Of a stretch of DNA of 27,687 nucleotides, positions 1 to 8,450 are shown piece after piece. Position numbers and translations under genes: made by a program. Numbering within the stretch: position 1 is the stretch's first letter; every line of letters starts with the position of its first letter. Below the pieces are notes generated by a model. It had not been told where the DNA came from. It worked only from the letters and a program-made list of their open reading frames with translations, and made no database searches. The stretch spans positions 1-27,687 of the forward strand of contig CAJWCD010000037.1 in assembly GCA_913020725.1 (NCBI GenBank), given 5' to 3'. The DNA comes from an uncultured Pseudomonadota bacterium (GTDB taxonomy: Bacteria > SAR324 > NAC60-12).

Positions 1-133
1 TTCCCGATTTTCAGAGGAACAACACTCAAGGGGGAGACTACCGTAAATTCAATAGCAAGAGAATTCCTCAGGCAAGCTGTACTGGCCACCGAGGTGCTTG
101 CTAACGATGAGGCATAACGAGCAGAGAAAATGA

Positions 134-162
134 TTGACTTGCATGATCATGCGAGTTAAAAG
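134..162 (+). promoter_or_regulatory. Putative sigma70 promoter for coxSLM with a palindromic operator in the spacer
   Basis: TTGACT (134-139), 17-nt spacer, TAAAAG (157-162). The perfect palindrome GCATGATCATGC (141-152) lies in the spacer. Confidence 0.5.
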
Positions 163-216
163 AACATGTCTTTGCTTCACTCAGAAGCGTTAACCACTAA
201 CACAGGAGAAACCTCC

Positions 217-675
217 ATGCAAGTGACAATGACTGTGAACGGCTCCTCGTTCACAAGCGATGTGGAGTCCCGGACTTTGCTCGTGCAACACCTGCGCGAC
301 AATCTGGACCTCACAGGAACCCACGTTGGCTGCGACACCAGCAGTTGCGGTGCCTGCACCATTGTGGTGAATGGCGAGGCGGTCAAATCCTGCACCCTGC
401 TCGCCGTGCAATGCGACGGGGCAGAGATCACCACCATCGAAGGACTCGCCTCCAACGGCACCCTTCATCCCATTCAAGAGGGCTTCCGCGAGAAGCACGG
501 CTTGCAGTGCGGTTTCTGCACTCCGGGCATGATCATGACCTCGTGGCAGTTGCTCGAACGCAACCCAAAGCCCTCGGATGTGGAAATCCGGCGTGCGCTG
601 GAAGGCAACTTCTGCCGCTGCACGGGCTACGACAACATCGTCAAGGCGGTCCAGTGGGCTGCCGAGAATGCCTAA
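217..675 (+). CDS. coxS: Aerobic CO dehydrogenase/xanthine dehydrogenase family small subunit, 2x[2Fe-2S]
   Basis: Motifs [11 protein letters not shown]...KSC and QCGFCTPG...CRCTGY. ATG at 217 is preceded by AGGAG, so it is preferred over the ORF-track start at 166. Confidence 0.93.
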   Translation: MQVTMTVNGSSFTSDVESRTLLVQHLRDNLDLTGTHVGCDTSSCGACTIVVNGEAVKSCTLLAVQCDGAEITTIEGLASNGTLHPIQEGFREKHGLQCGFCTPGMIMTSWQLLERNPKPSDVEIRRALEGNFCRCTGYDNIVKAVQWAAENA

Positions 676-697
676 ACCCTGATCTAAGGAGATTTCT

Positions 698-3064
698 ATG
701 GGCAAGCTGATTGGAGAACCGATCAAGCGGGTGGAGGACCGACGCTTCACCACTGGAACCGGCCAGTACACGGACGATATCGTGCTGCCGCGCATGACCC
801 ACGCACACATTGTGCGCAGCCCCTTCGCTCACGCTCGCATCCGCAGCGTGAACTCCACTGCCACTCAAAACGCCCCCGGCGTGGTGGCCGTGCTGACGGG
901 GGAAGATTTTAAGGAGATCGGTGGAGTGCCCTGCGGTTGGCAGGTGGACTTCAAGGACGGCACGACCATGCGGGAACCAAAGCACCCGATCCTTGTTGCG
1001 GACAAGGTTCGCCACGTTGGAGATGCCGTGGCTGTCGTCATTGCCGAAACCAAGGCGCAAGCCAAGGACGGTGCTGAGTTGCTCGAGGTTGATTACGAGG
1101 AACTGCCCGCAGTCACCGACTCGACCGCAGCCCTCCAGTCCGGTGCGCCGAGGGTGCATGACGACCTTCCGGACAACATGGTGTTTGATTGGGAACTGGG
1201 CGACCAAGCCGCAACGGACGCAGGCATTGGCAGCGCCCACCATGTCACCAAGCTGGACATCCGCAACCAACGTCTGGTTCCAAATGCGATCGAACCGCGC
1301 AGTTACATCGGCGACTACGATGCAGCCCGCGATTTCTACACGCTCTACACCTCTTCCCAAAACCCCCACGTCATCCGCCTGTTGATGTGCCTGTTCGTGC
1401 TGGGGCTTCCGGAAAACAAGGTGCGCGTGGTTTCCAGAGATGTCGGCGGTGGTTTTGGCAGCAAGATCTACCACTACACGGAAGAAGCGCTGGTGACTTG
1501 GGCTTCGAAGCTGATTGGCCGTCCCGTCAAGTGGACCGCCGAGCGCAGTGAGTCGTTCCTGACGGACGCGCACGGACGCGACCACAACACGACGGCGGAG
1601 ATGGGCTTTGATGCCGGCGGCAAGATCACCGCTCTGCGGGTACGCACGGATGCCAACCTTGGCGCGTACCTCTCCACCTTCTCGACCTGTGTCCCGACCT
1701 ACCTGCACGGAACACTGATGCAAGGGCAGTACACAACCCCGGCGATTCACATCAGCGTGAACGCGGTCTTCACGAACACAACCCCGGTGGATGCGTACCG
1801 TGGAGCCGGACGTCCGGAGGCGACTTATCTGATTGAGCGTCTGATGGACACTGCCGCCGCTGAGCTGAACATTGATCCGGCAGAACTCCGCAAGCGCAAC
1901 TTCATCCCGCCTTTTGACGGAGTGACTGAGCCGGGTTACCAGACGCAGGTGGCCCTGCAATACGACAGCGGCAACTACATCGCGGCAATGGAGAAGGCGC
2001 TGGACACCATCGGCTATCAGGACTTGCGGCGCGAGCAGGAAGAAGCGCGCAAGCAAGGTCGCTACCTCGGCATCGGTTTCTCGTCCTACATCGAGGCCTG
2101 TGGCATTGCCCCCTCTGCGGTGGTCGGTTCTCTCGGCGCCCGCGCCGGACTCTTTGAGAGCGCGAACATCCGGGTCCAACCCGGCGGGACGGTTTCGGTC
2201 TACACCGGAAGCCACTCGCACGGGCAGGGTCACGAAACCACCTTCGCCCAGCTTGTCGCGGACACTCTTGGGATTCCCATGGAGAATGTCGAAATCGTTC
2301 ACGGCGACACCGAGCAGATCCCCTTCGGGATGGGCACCTATGGCTCTCGTAGCCTAGCGGTCGGTGGTTCTGCCATTTTCAGAGCGCTTGACAAGGTTAA
2401 GGAGAAGGGGGCGAAGATCGCCGCGCACCTGCTGGAAGCCTCAGTGGATGACCTCGATTTTGCGGACGGCAAGTGGACTGTGCGGGGCACGGACAAGTCC
2501 ATCGCCTTCGGCGAGGTTTCCTTGGCCGCCTATGTGCCGCACAACTTCCCGGAAGGCATGGAACCCGGCATCGAGTTCAACAGCTTCTACGATCCGGCGA
2601 ACTTCACCTACCCCTTTGGGACGTACATCGCCGTGGTCGAGGTGGAACCCGACACTGGAACCGTTGCGCTCAAGCGTTTCGTCGCGGTGGACGACGTGGG
2701 CAACATCCTCAATCCGATGATTGTGGATGGGCAAATCCACGGCGGCATCGCCCAAGGCGTGGGGCAGGCGTTGCTGGAAAGTGCCAATTACGACGAGAGC
2801 GGACAACTCTCGACAGGCACTTATCTGGATTACGCCATGCCGCGTGCCGATGACCTGCCGAGCTTTGAGGTCTCACAGAACGTGACTCCGTGCCCGCACA
2901 ACCCGTTGGGGGTGAAGGGCTGCGGAGAAGCGGGAACCATCGGCTCGACTCCGGCGGTGGTCAATGCCGCCATTGACGCCCTGCGTCCTCTTGGAGTCAC
3001 CGACCTCGAAATGCCGCTGTCGCCGCCCCGTGTGTGGTCGGCCATCCAGCAGGCGTCGGCGTAA
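698..3064 (+). CDS. coxL: Molybdopterin-binding large subunit, form II (putative) CO dehydrogenase type
   Basis: 788 aa with VGGGFGSK, active-site loop AYRGAGRPEA, HGQGHET, GTYGSRS, GQIHGG and KGCGEAG. RBS AAGGAG. Confidence 0.92.
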   Translation: MGKLIGEPIKRVEDRRFTTGTGQYTDDIVLPRMTHAHIVRSPFAHARIRSVNSTATQNAPGVVAVLTGEDFKEIGGVPCGWQVDFKDGTTMREPKHPILVADKVRHVGDAVAVVIAETKAQAKDGAELLEVDYEELPAVTDSTAALQSGAPRVHDDLPDNMVFDWELGDQAATDAGIGSAHHVTKLDIRNQRLVPNAIEPRSYIGDYDAARDFYTLYTSSQNPHVIRLLMCLFVLGLPENKVRVVSRDVGGGFGSKIYHYTEEALVTWASKLIGRPVKWTAERSESFLTDAHGRDHNTTAEMGFDAGGKITALRVRTDANLGAYLSTFSTCVPTYLHGTLMQGQYTTPAIHISVNAVFTNTTPVDAYRGAGRPEATYLIERLMDTAAAELNIDPAELRKRNFIPPFDGVTEPGYQTQVALQYDSGNYIAAMEKALDTIGYQDLRREQEEARKQGRYLGIGFSSYIEACGIAPSAVVGSLGARAGLFESANIRVQPGGTVSVYTGSHSHGQGHETTFAQLVADTLGIPMENVEIVHGDTEQIPFGMGTYGSRSLAVGGSAIFRALDKVKEKGAKIAAHLLEASVDDLDFADGKWTVRGTDKSIAFGEVSLAAYVPHNFPEGMEPGIEFNSFYDPANFTYPFGTYIAVVEVEPDTGTVALKRFVAVDDVGNILNPMIVDGQIHGGIAQGVGQALLESANYDESGQLSTGTYLDYAMPRADDLPSFEVSQNVTPCPHNPLGVKGCGEAGTIGSTPAVVNAAIDALRPLGVTDLEMPLSPPRVWSAIQQASA

Positions 3065-3077
3065 CAGACTGAAACCC

Positions 3078-3102
3078 GGCACGGAGGGCTTTCCTCCGTG
3101 TC
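3078..3102 (+). other. Intercistronic stem-loop between coxL and coxM
   Basis: GGCACGGAGG-GCTTT-CCTCCGTGTC, a 10-bp stem with one G-U pair. Only a short T run follows. Confidence 0.6.
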
Positions 3103-3128
3103 TTCGCAACCATCCTCTTTGGAGGCTT

Positions 3129-3983
3129 ATGATTCCAGCAGCGTTTGAATACTACCGCGCCTCGTCTGTCGACGAGGCCCTTGCCCTGATGCAACAGCAT
3201 GGGGAAGACGCCAAGGTGCTTGCCGGGGGCCACAGTCTTGTGCCCGCTATGAAGCTCCGTTTGGCAACACCAGAGAAGGTCATCGACATCGGTGGCATCG
3301 GCGGTCTGAAAGGCATTCAGGACCGCGGAGACCATCTCGCGATTGGCGCTCTCACCACCCACTGGCAGCTTGAATCCTCGGACGTGGTGCAGCAAAAGGC
3401 TCCGGCCTTGAGCCAAGCCGCCGGGGCCATCGGCGACGTTCAGGTTCGCAACCGAGGCACGATTGGCGGGGCACTCGCTCATGCCGATCCGTCCGCAGAT
3501 TATCCCGGAGCTGTCCTCGCACTCAACGCGACCCTCGTGATCCGGGGTTCCGGAGGCGAGCGCGCGGTGGCAGTGGCAGATTTCTTCACGGGACTCTGGG
3601 AGACCGCCGTTCAGGACGGGGAATTGCTCACCGAAATCCGGATTCCCACGGATGCGGCGAACGCCAACTCGTGCTACCTCAAGTTCCCGCAACCAGCCTC
3701 TCGCTACCCTTATGTGGGCTGCGCGGTCGCCATGACCACCTCCGGAGGCGCCTGCTCCGACGTGCGTGTCGGCTTCAGCGGGGTGGGAGAATCCGCCTTC
3801 CGGGATTCCGGAGTGGAGAACGCCATGCGTGGCCAAGCCGTGAACGAGGCGTCCGCCAAGTCGGCAGGCGACCAAGCCGCGAATGGCCGCAGCGTCCTCA
3901 GCGACTGGTCTGTGAGCGAGGAGTATCGCCGCGCCATGGCCAAGGTCTTCGCCAAGCGGGCATTGCTGCAAGTCGGCAGCTGA
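3129..3983 (+). CDS. coxM: FAD-binding medium subunit of CODH/XDH family
   Basis: Starts MIPAAFEYYRA; motifs LAGGHSL and VRNRGTIGG..AHADP. GGAGG precedes ATG 3129, so the ORF-track start at 2964 is an over-extension. Confidence 0.92.
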   Translation: MIPAAFEYYRASSVDEALALMQQHGEDAKVLAGGHSLVPAMKLRLATPEKVIDIGGIGGLKGIQDRGDHLAIGALTTHWQLESSDVVQQKAPALSQAAGAIGDVQVRNRGTIGGALAHADPSADYPGAVLALNATLVIRGSGGERAVAVADFFTGLWETAVQDGELLTEIRIPTDAANANSCYLKFPQPASRYPYVGCAVAMTTSGGACSDVRVGFSGVGESAFRDSGVENAMRGQAVNEASAKSAGDQAANGRSVLSDWSVSEEYRRAMAKVFAKRALLQVGS

Positions 3984-3997
3984 CCGCACCCTCTTCC

Positions 3998-4024
3998 GCC
4001 GACCCTCCACCGTGGGGGGTCGGC
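3998..4024 (+). terminator. GC-rich hairpin after coxM (terminator or mRNA-stabilising stem)
   Basis: GCCGACCCTCCA-CCG-TGGGGGGTCGGC, about 12-bp stem, 14 nt after the stop. No immediate U-tract. Confidence 0.5.
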
Positions 4025-4070
4025 ACCTCTCCCTCCCCGTTTTCTCAAAACTTTTCGCCGTCTTTCTGGA

Positions 4071-4937
4071 ATGCCACGCCACGTCTCGCAGGTGATTCAA
4101 ACCGTCCAAACGCTCGAAGGTGGGGGCTTTCCGGTGCGTCGTCCGTTTCCCACGCCGCAGTGTTCGCAGGTGGATCCGTTTTTATTGCTGGATCACATGG
4201 GTCCAAAGGACTGGTTGCCCGGCGAAGCGATTGGTGCTCCGGACCACCCGCACCGGGGTTTCGAGACCGTCACCTACCTGCTTTCCGGAGAGATGGAACA
4301 CAAAGACTCGCAGGGCAACTACGGTAAGCTCACGCCGGGAGACGTGCAATGGATGACTGCCGGGGCGGGCGTGGTTCACTCGGAAATGCCCACTGTCGAA
4401 TTCCGGGAGCGCGGTGGAGTCACCAACGGTTTCCAGATTTGGGTGAACCTGCCTGCCAAGCTGAAGCTGACCCCACCGCGCTACCAGGACACTCCTGCCG
4501 CCCAGATTCCGGAGGTGGACTTGGACGGCGAAGGCAGCCGTGTGCGCATCATCGCCGGGACGGTTGGAGACACCACCGCCGTGATTGACACCCACACGCC
4601 CATCACGTTTCTACACGTCACGCTGCAACCCGGAGCCGCGTTCACACATGCGGTGCCGCCGTCACAAAACGCGATGGCCTACGTTATTTCCGGGAGTGGG
4701 CAGTTTGGAGAAAACGCACAAACCGCCGCTGCCGGACAGCTTGCGGTCTTCGCCAACGACGCGGAAACGGTCACGGCCTCCGCCCTTCCGGACGCGCCGC
4801 TCGATTTGCTGGTGCTGGCCGGGGAACCGCTCAACGAACCAGTGGTGCGCTACGGTCCGTTTGTGATGAACACGCAGGAGGAAATCTTGCAGGCGTTTCA
4901 GGATTACCAATCTGGAAAAATGGGGGTCATTTCCTGA
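4071..4937 (+). CDS. Pirin family protein (bicupin)
   Basis: Motifs DPFLLLDH, HPHRGFETVTY, HKDS.GN, GDVQWMTAGAGVVHSE and YGPFVMNT. Confidence 0.95.
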   Translation: MPRHVSQVIQTVQTLEGGGFPVRRPFPTPQCSQVDPFLLLDHMGPKDWLPGEAIGAPDHPHRGFETVTYLLSGEMEHKDSQGNYGKLTPGDVQWMTAGAGVVHSEMPTVEFRERGGVTNGFQIWVNLPAKLKLTPPRYQDTPAAQIPEVDLDGEGSRVRIIAGTVGDTTAVIDTHTPITFLHVTLQPGAAFTHAVPPSQNAMAYVISGSGQFGENAQTAAAGQLAVFANDAETVTASALPDAPLDLLVLAGEPLNEPVVRYGPFVMNTQEEILQAFQDYQSGKMGVIS

Positions 4938-4974
4938 GTTTGTAGCACCTCTGTCGGTCTCACGCCGCAAAGCT

Positions 4975-6153
4975 TCAAACCTGACTCCACCACCAGCTTG
5001 CCTTGCGGCGTAGGCCGTGCTGGAGTTTGTCATCGATCCAAAGTGCCAACCTCCGCCAGCGCGTTCCAGCCAGCCAGCGCCACCAACGGGCCAACGGCTT
5101 AGTGAAGTCCCGATTGTACGGGCAGACCCGGATGCAAATGGAGCAGTCCGAATTCTGTGCCGCCCAGAACCCAAAACACTTTTCTGCAATCGTCGTCCAC
5201 TTGCGAACACCTGTGAGGTTTGAGCGGCTGTGAGGTTCCGGCTGGGGTTCGCCACTTGAGATCGCTTTGACCGGACAATTCGTGGAACACTTGTGGCAGA
5301 TTTCGCAGAATTCACGGACACCAAAATGTTGTGGCCGGTCCGGAACCAGCGGCAGGTCGGTGAAAATTTTCCCCAGTCGCAGCCTTGGCCCGAACTCCGG
5401 GGTGATCAGCAAGCTGTGCCGTCCGACCTCGCCCAGCCCGGCTTGTGCTGCCAGCGGCACCGCCAGCGCGGAATCGTTCATGGTCGCGTAAGCGCGGTAG
5501 CCGAGGTTTCGGAGGTACTGCGTTAGTGTGAGCAGCACCACCGCGTCCTGCGTGTAGCCCATACCGGTCGCAGCTCCGGAGAGGGCGGAAGGCACCGTCC
5601 ACATGAGGTCGCGGTCCATCGCCTCTCCAATCACGATCACCCACGGCAAATCGTCCGGAAGGTCCATCGGTTCGGCCTGTTGGGTGCGTTCGCTGTAGCG
5701 GGTGCGGTAAACCCAGCGTTCGTCATACGCACACACGCCCACCAAGTCCGCTCCCACAAAACCGGCGACGCGCTTGAGCTCCGCCGTCGCCTGCTCCGGG
5801 GATTCAAACGGAAACGGTTCCAGCCCGCCCTCGGCGTGGGTGGTGAACTCGGCAAGAAAACCCTCTTTGCGGTCTTCAGATTCGCGCTTCAAGTCCCGGA
5901 GGACATTGGTGACGTGCCACGTAGCGTTGCGCAGGGCGTAGTCACGCTGCCCAAAACCGTCCACGTTACGGGCGCGGGCCTGGGGCATGTCATGCCCCCG
6001 GTAAAACGCCTCGCTCTTGGCAGAGCGGATTTCCGGATCCCAGTCTGAACGGCAAAACGCCTCATCCCGCTGATCAAAACGCCGAAACTCTGCCGAAACC
6101 TCGAATCCGGTCTCGTGGTCAATCTCACGGAAGTTAGGGTTTTTCAAAGACAC
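4975..6153 (-). CDS. rdhA: Reductive dehalogenase (cobalamin/2xFe-S), lacking a Tat signal
   Basis: Motifs GADLVGVC.YDERWVY, MGY, LRNLGYRA, PLA.QAGLGE.GR..LLITPEFGPRLRL.KIFTDLPL, FCEICHKCSTNCP and KCFGFW...CSICIRVCPYN. Likely start is GTG at 6153; the ORF-track extension to 6291 overlaps the antitoxin gene. Confidence 0.85.
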   Translation of the reverse strand: MSLKNPNFREIDHETGFEVSAEFRRFDQRDEAFCRSDWDPEIRSAKSEAFYRGHDMPQARARNVDGFGQRDYALRNATWHVTNVLRDLKRESEDRKEGFLAEFTTHAEGGLEPFPFESPEQATAELKRVAGFVGADLVGVCAYDERWVYRTRYSERTQQAEPMDLPDDLPWVIVIGEAMDRDLMWTVPSALSGAATGMGYTQDAVVLLTLTQYLRNLGYRAYATMNDSALAVPLAAQAGLGEVGRHSLLITPEFGPRLRLGKIFTDLPLVPDRPQHFGVREFCEICHKCSTNCPVKAISSGEPQPEPHSRSNLTGVRKWTTIAEKCFGFWAAQNSDCSICIRVCPYNRDFTKPLARWWRWLAGTRWRRLALWIDDKLQHGLRRKASWWWSQV

Positions 6154-6157
6154 AGAC

Positions 6158-6379
6158 TTACGCCGCCGCCCGTTGCAACCCCACCCCTTCCAGGGTGACC
6201 GACCCCAGCACGTCCAAATCCGGGAGGCGTTCCCGAACATCAAGGATTTCCAAACCAACCAAGCGGCCATCTGCATCGTAATCTGCCGCAACCCCTTCGG
6301 TAAGGTGGACCGTCGTTACTGTGGTCTCTGCAAATGCGATCCGCATCGCGTCCACCTCGGCATCATATTGTATTTTCAT
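6158..6379 (-). CDS. DUF2283 family protein (putative type II antitoxin)
   Basis: 73 aa with the family-typical pattern MKIQYDAEVDAMRI...ADYDADGRLVGLEILD. Confidence 0.88.
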   Translation of the reverse strand: MKIQYDAEVDAMRIAFAETTVTTVHLTEGVAADYDADGRLVGLEILDVRERLPDLDVLGSVTLEGVGLQRAAA

Positions 6380-6385
6380 GGTTCC

Positions 6386-6667
6386 TCAGAAGTAGTAGGT
6401 GTACACAGTGATCACAACAATCTCCTCCACCTCTTCAACGAAGATCGGTCGAACCTGCTTGGTCGCATACTGTTTCCCATTCCACACTTGGTTATACAGG
6501 AAATCCTTGCGGTATTCCATCCGAGAGTTGCGTCCGGTCTTGGACTAAGCTGTGGTACGAATCGCCTGCTCCACCTCGTCCACCACAAACCCACGAATGT
6601 CGCAGTAGCCCTCAGCGTGGCGGCTGAGCCGGATAGGTTTTTCCTCAGTCAAAGCTTGACTTTGCAA
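6386..6667 (-). pseudogene. DUF4258 family putative toxin interrupted by an in-frame TAG
   Basis: Manual translation: (M)QSQALTEEKPIRLSRHAEGYCDIRGFVVDEVEQAIRTTA*SKTGRNSRMEYRKDFLYNQVWNGKQYATKQVRPIFVEEVEEIVVITVYTYYF. TAG is at 6545-6547. TTG start at 6667 has GGAG upstream (alternative TTG at 6652). Absent from the ORF track. Confidence 0.8.
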
Positions 6668-6720
6668 GGACTCTCCCTTAGAAAACAGGATCGGTTTTGG
6701 TCAAAATTCCTTTGGAATTG

Positions 6721-7974
6721 CTAGACCGAAACCTTCTGGAATCGTTCTTCTCGCCAAACTTCCGTGGATAGCACTTCCTTGAGTCGTTGGATCCCGGCCC
6801 AAATGTCCTCATGGCTATGGTACAATGGTGAGATTCCAAAGCGAATGGAATCGGGTTTCCGGAAGGAGGACACGACTCCATGCTCCAGCAGCGCCTCACT
6901 CACCGGACCAGCCCCCGGATGCCGGATGGAAACGTGCCCGCCTTGCTGAGAATGGTTGCGGGGTGAGGTCATTTCTGCTCCAAGTGGACCGCATTCCTGC
7001 TCCAGAAGTTCCCGGAACAATTGGGTCAACGATTCGTGTTTCCGGTCGAGTTCGTCCACTTGCACCTCCTGCCAAATTTCCACCGCTGCTGAAAAGATTT
7101 CGTTGGCCATGATCGCTGGCGATCCCGTGGTCTGGCTGATGATGCTGGGGTGAGCCTCATAATTTTGTGCAAAGGCAAATACGTCCAAGTGCCCCATCCA
7201 ACCTGCAATTGTGGGCCATGTCTGGTTTTGATGCCGGGGATGGATAAACAAGTATGCCGGAGCGCCTGGGCCTCCGCAGAGGTACTTGTAACTACAGCCA
7301 ACCGCAAAATCGGCATCGCATTCCATCAAATCAATCCTTACCGCACCAGCGGCGTGGGACAAATCCCAAACCACCAAGGCTCCCACCTCCTTGGCCTTCT
7401 GCATGAGACGGGACATCTCCCAGCGCAGACTGGTTCGATAGTCAACATAGGTCAAACTGACCACCGCAACTTCCTCGTTCAAGGAATCCATGACCTCCTC
7501 GTGCGAATTCGAGAATCTGATTTCTGCCTCGCTTCCAAGCTCTTGCACGGTTTTCACCCAGCCTTCAGCAATGTAGATGTCCGTGGGGAAATGGTTGGAC
7601 TCGGTCAACAGGATGTTGCCCCCCTTCCGGATTCGCCACGCATAGCTCAAAAGCTTGTAGAGATTGATGGAGGTACTGTCGCAGACGATCACATCCTCCG
7701 GGTTCGCACCCAGCAAATGGGCAATACCAGCCGCTAGTTTTTTCGGCTTGTCCAGCCAATCAAGTTTTGACCATCCTTGTCTGCTCAGATTCCGCCAACC
7801 TTCGTTGAGCATCCATGCCACTTGCTCCGGAACTGCCTTCGGCATGGCTCCCATCGAATTTGCATCGTAATGGATTGCACCGCTTTCCGATTGGGAAAAT
7901 TTGGCTCGCAAGGAGCGCAGGGGATCCTGCTCATCAAGCGTTTGGCAATCATTCAAATCAATCGATTTTTTCAT
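6721..7974 (-). CDS. kynU: Kynureninase-like PLP enzyme (aminotransferase class V fold)
   Basis: Motifs LDEQDPL..LRAKF, DANSMG, DSTSINLYK, FPTDIY, WDLSHAAGA, GCSYKYLCGGPG (PLP Lys), GWMGH and IRFGISPLY. Confidence 0.85.
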   Translation of the reverse strand: MKKSIDLNDCQTLDEQDPLRSLRAKFSQSESGAIHYDANSMGAMPKAVPEQVAWMLNEGWRNLSRQGWSKLDWLDKPKKLAAGIAHLLGANPEDVIVCDSTSINLYKLLSYAWRIRKGGNILLTESNHFPTDIYIAEGWVKTVQELGSEAEIRFSNSHEEVMDSLNEEVAVVSLTYVDYRTSLRWEMSRLMQKAKEVGALVVWDLSHAAGAVRIDLMECDADFAVGCSYKYLCGGPGAPAYLFIHPRHQNQTWPTIAGWMGHLDVFAFAQNYEAHPSIISQTTGSPAIMANEIFSAAVEIWQEVQVDELDRKHESLTQLFRELLEQECGPLGAEMTSPRNHSQQGGHVSIRHPGAGPVSEALLEHGVVSSFRKPDSIRFGISPLYHSHEDIWAGIQRLKEVLSTEVWREERFQKVSV

Positions 7975-7983
7975 TCTCAAGTG

Positions 7984-8406
7984 TTATTCCAGCAAAGTTT
8001 TGATTTGTAAAATTTCGTGTTCGTGAGCCGCGATCAGCCCACACCAGCGTTCATCATCCATGCTTTCAAGCCGCCACGCCATCATGGAAACTACACACTG
8101 CTCACTCGTTGTGCCAAGGCATTCTCCGGAAACCACCCGAATCATGATGCGCGGAACGAGTTGCTCCCGGAAGCCTCCGACAAAGAAATGGATCGTGTGG
8201 GTGCTTGCATCCGCCTGCACTTGTACCCAGACCGTGGTTCCGGTCTGCGTGACCACCCCCCTCGCCAGAGCGTTTTCAACAATCTCAATCTCAGACATGT
8301 TGAGGTTCCATGCCGCCATGCGCTCCAAGCTGGTGAGGTAGGCAAACGCCTCGTCTGCCCCGCAACGGACTTGCGCCGAGGCAATGTGAGCGTATCCGTC
8401 ATCCAT
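7984..8406 (-). CDS. SRPBCC/START-like ligand-binding domain protein
   Basis: About 140 aa with N-terminal pattern SAQVRCGADEAFAYLTSLERMAAW and a C-terminal helix HEHEILQIKTLLE. Start uncertain (8406 or 8454). Confidence 0.65.
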   Translation of the reverse strand: MDDGYAHIASAQVRCGADEAFAYLTSLERMAAWNLNMSEIEIVENALARGVVTQTGTTVWVQVQADASTHTIHFFVGGFREQLVPRIMIRVVSGECLGTTSEQCVVSMMAWRLESMDDERWCGLIAAHEHEILQIKTLLE

Positions 8407-8450
8407 GCGAATCAAACACAAGCGGTTGCCGTAGCGGCTTACTCCAAATC

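Noticed and set aside
641..2302. 553-aa antisense ORF (likewise 2997-4109, 24678-25847 and 25901-27025)
   Set aside because: Shadow ORFs opposite well-supported genes in GC-rich, codon-biased DNA, with no recognisable motifs.
698..3064. Form I (Mo-Cu) CO dehydrogenase
   Set aside because: Lacks the AYXCSFR Cu-binding loop, and gene order is S-L-M.
4975..6153. Alternative call as epoxyqueuosine reductase QueG
   Set aside because: QueG-type YAxGxDYH motif not seen, while RdhA-type DxRWxY, LITPEFGPR and CxxFW motifs are present.
6154..6291. N-terminal extension of the RdhA ORF containing RRR, a possible Tat motif
   Set aside because: It overlaps the DUF2283 gene in another frame, and no hydrophobic helix follows the arginines.
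6545..6547. TAG as pyrrolysine or a recoded stop
   Set aside because: Other genes in the window end in TAG (e.g. 6721, 12647, 16879) and no pyl genes are present; a point nonsense mutation is simpler.
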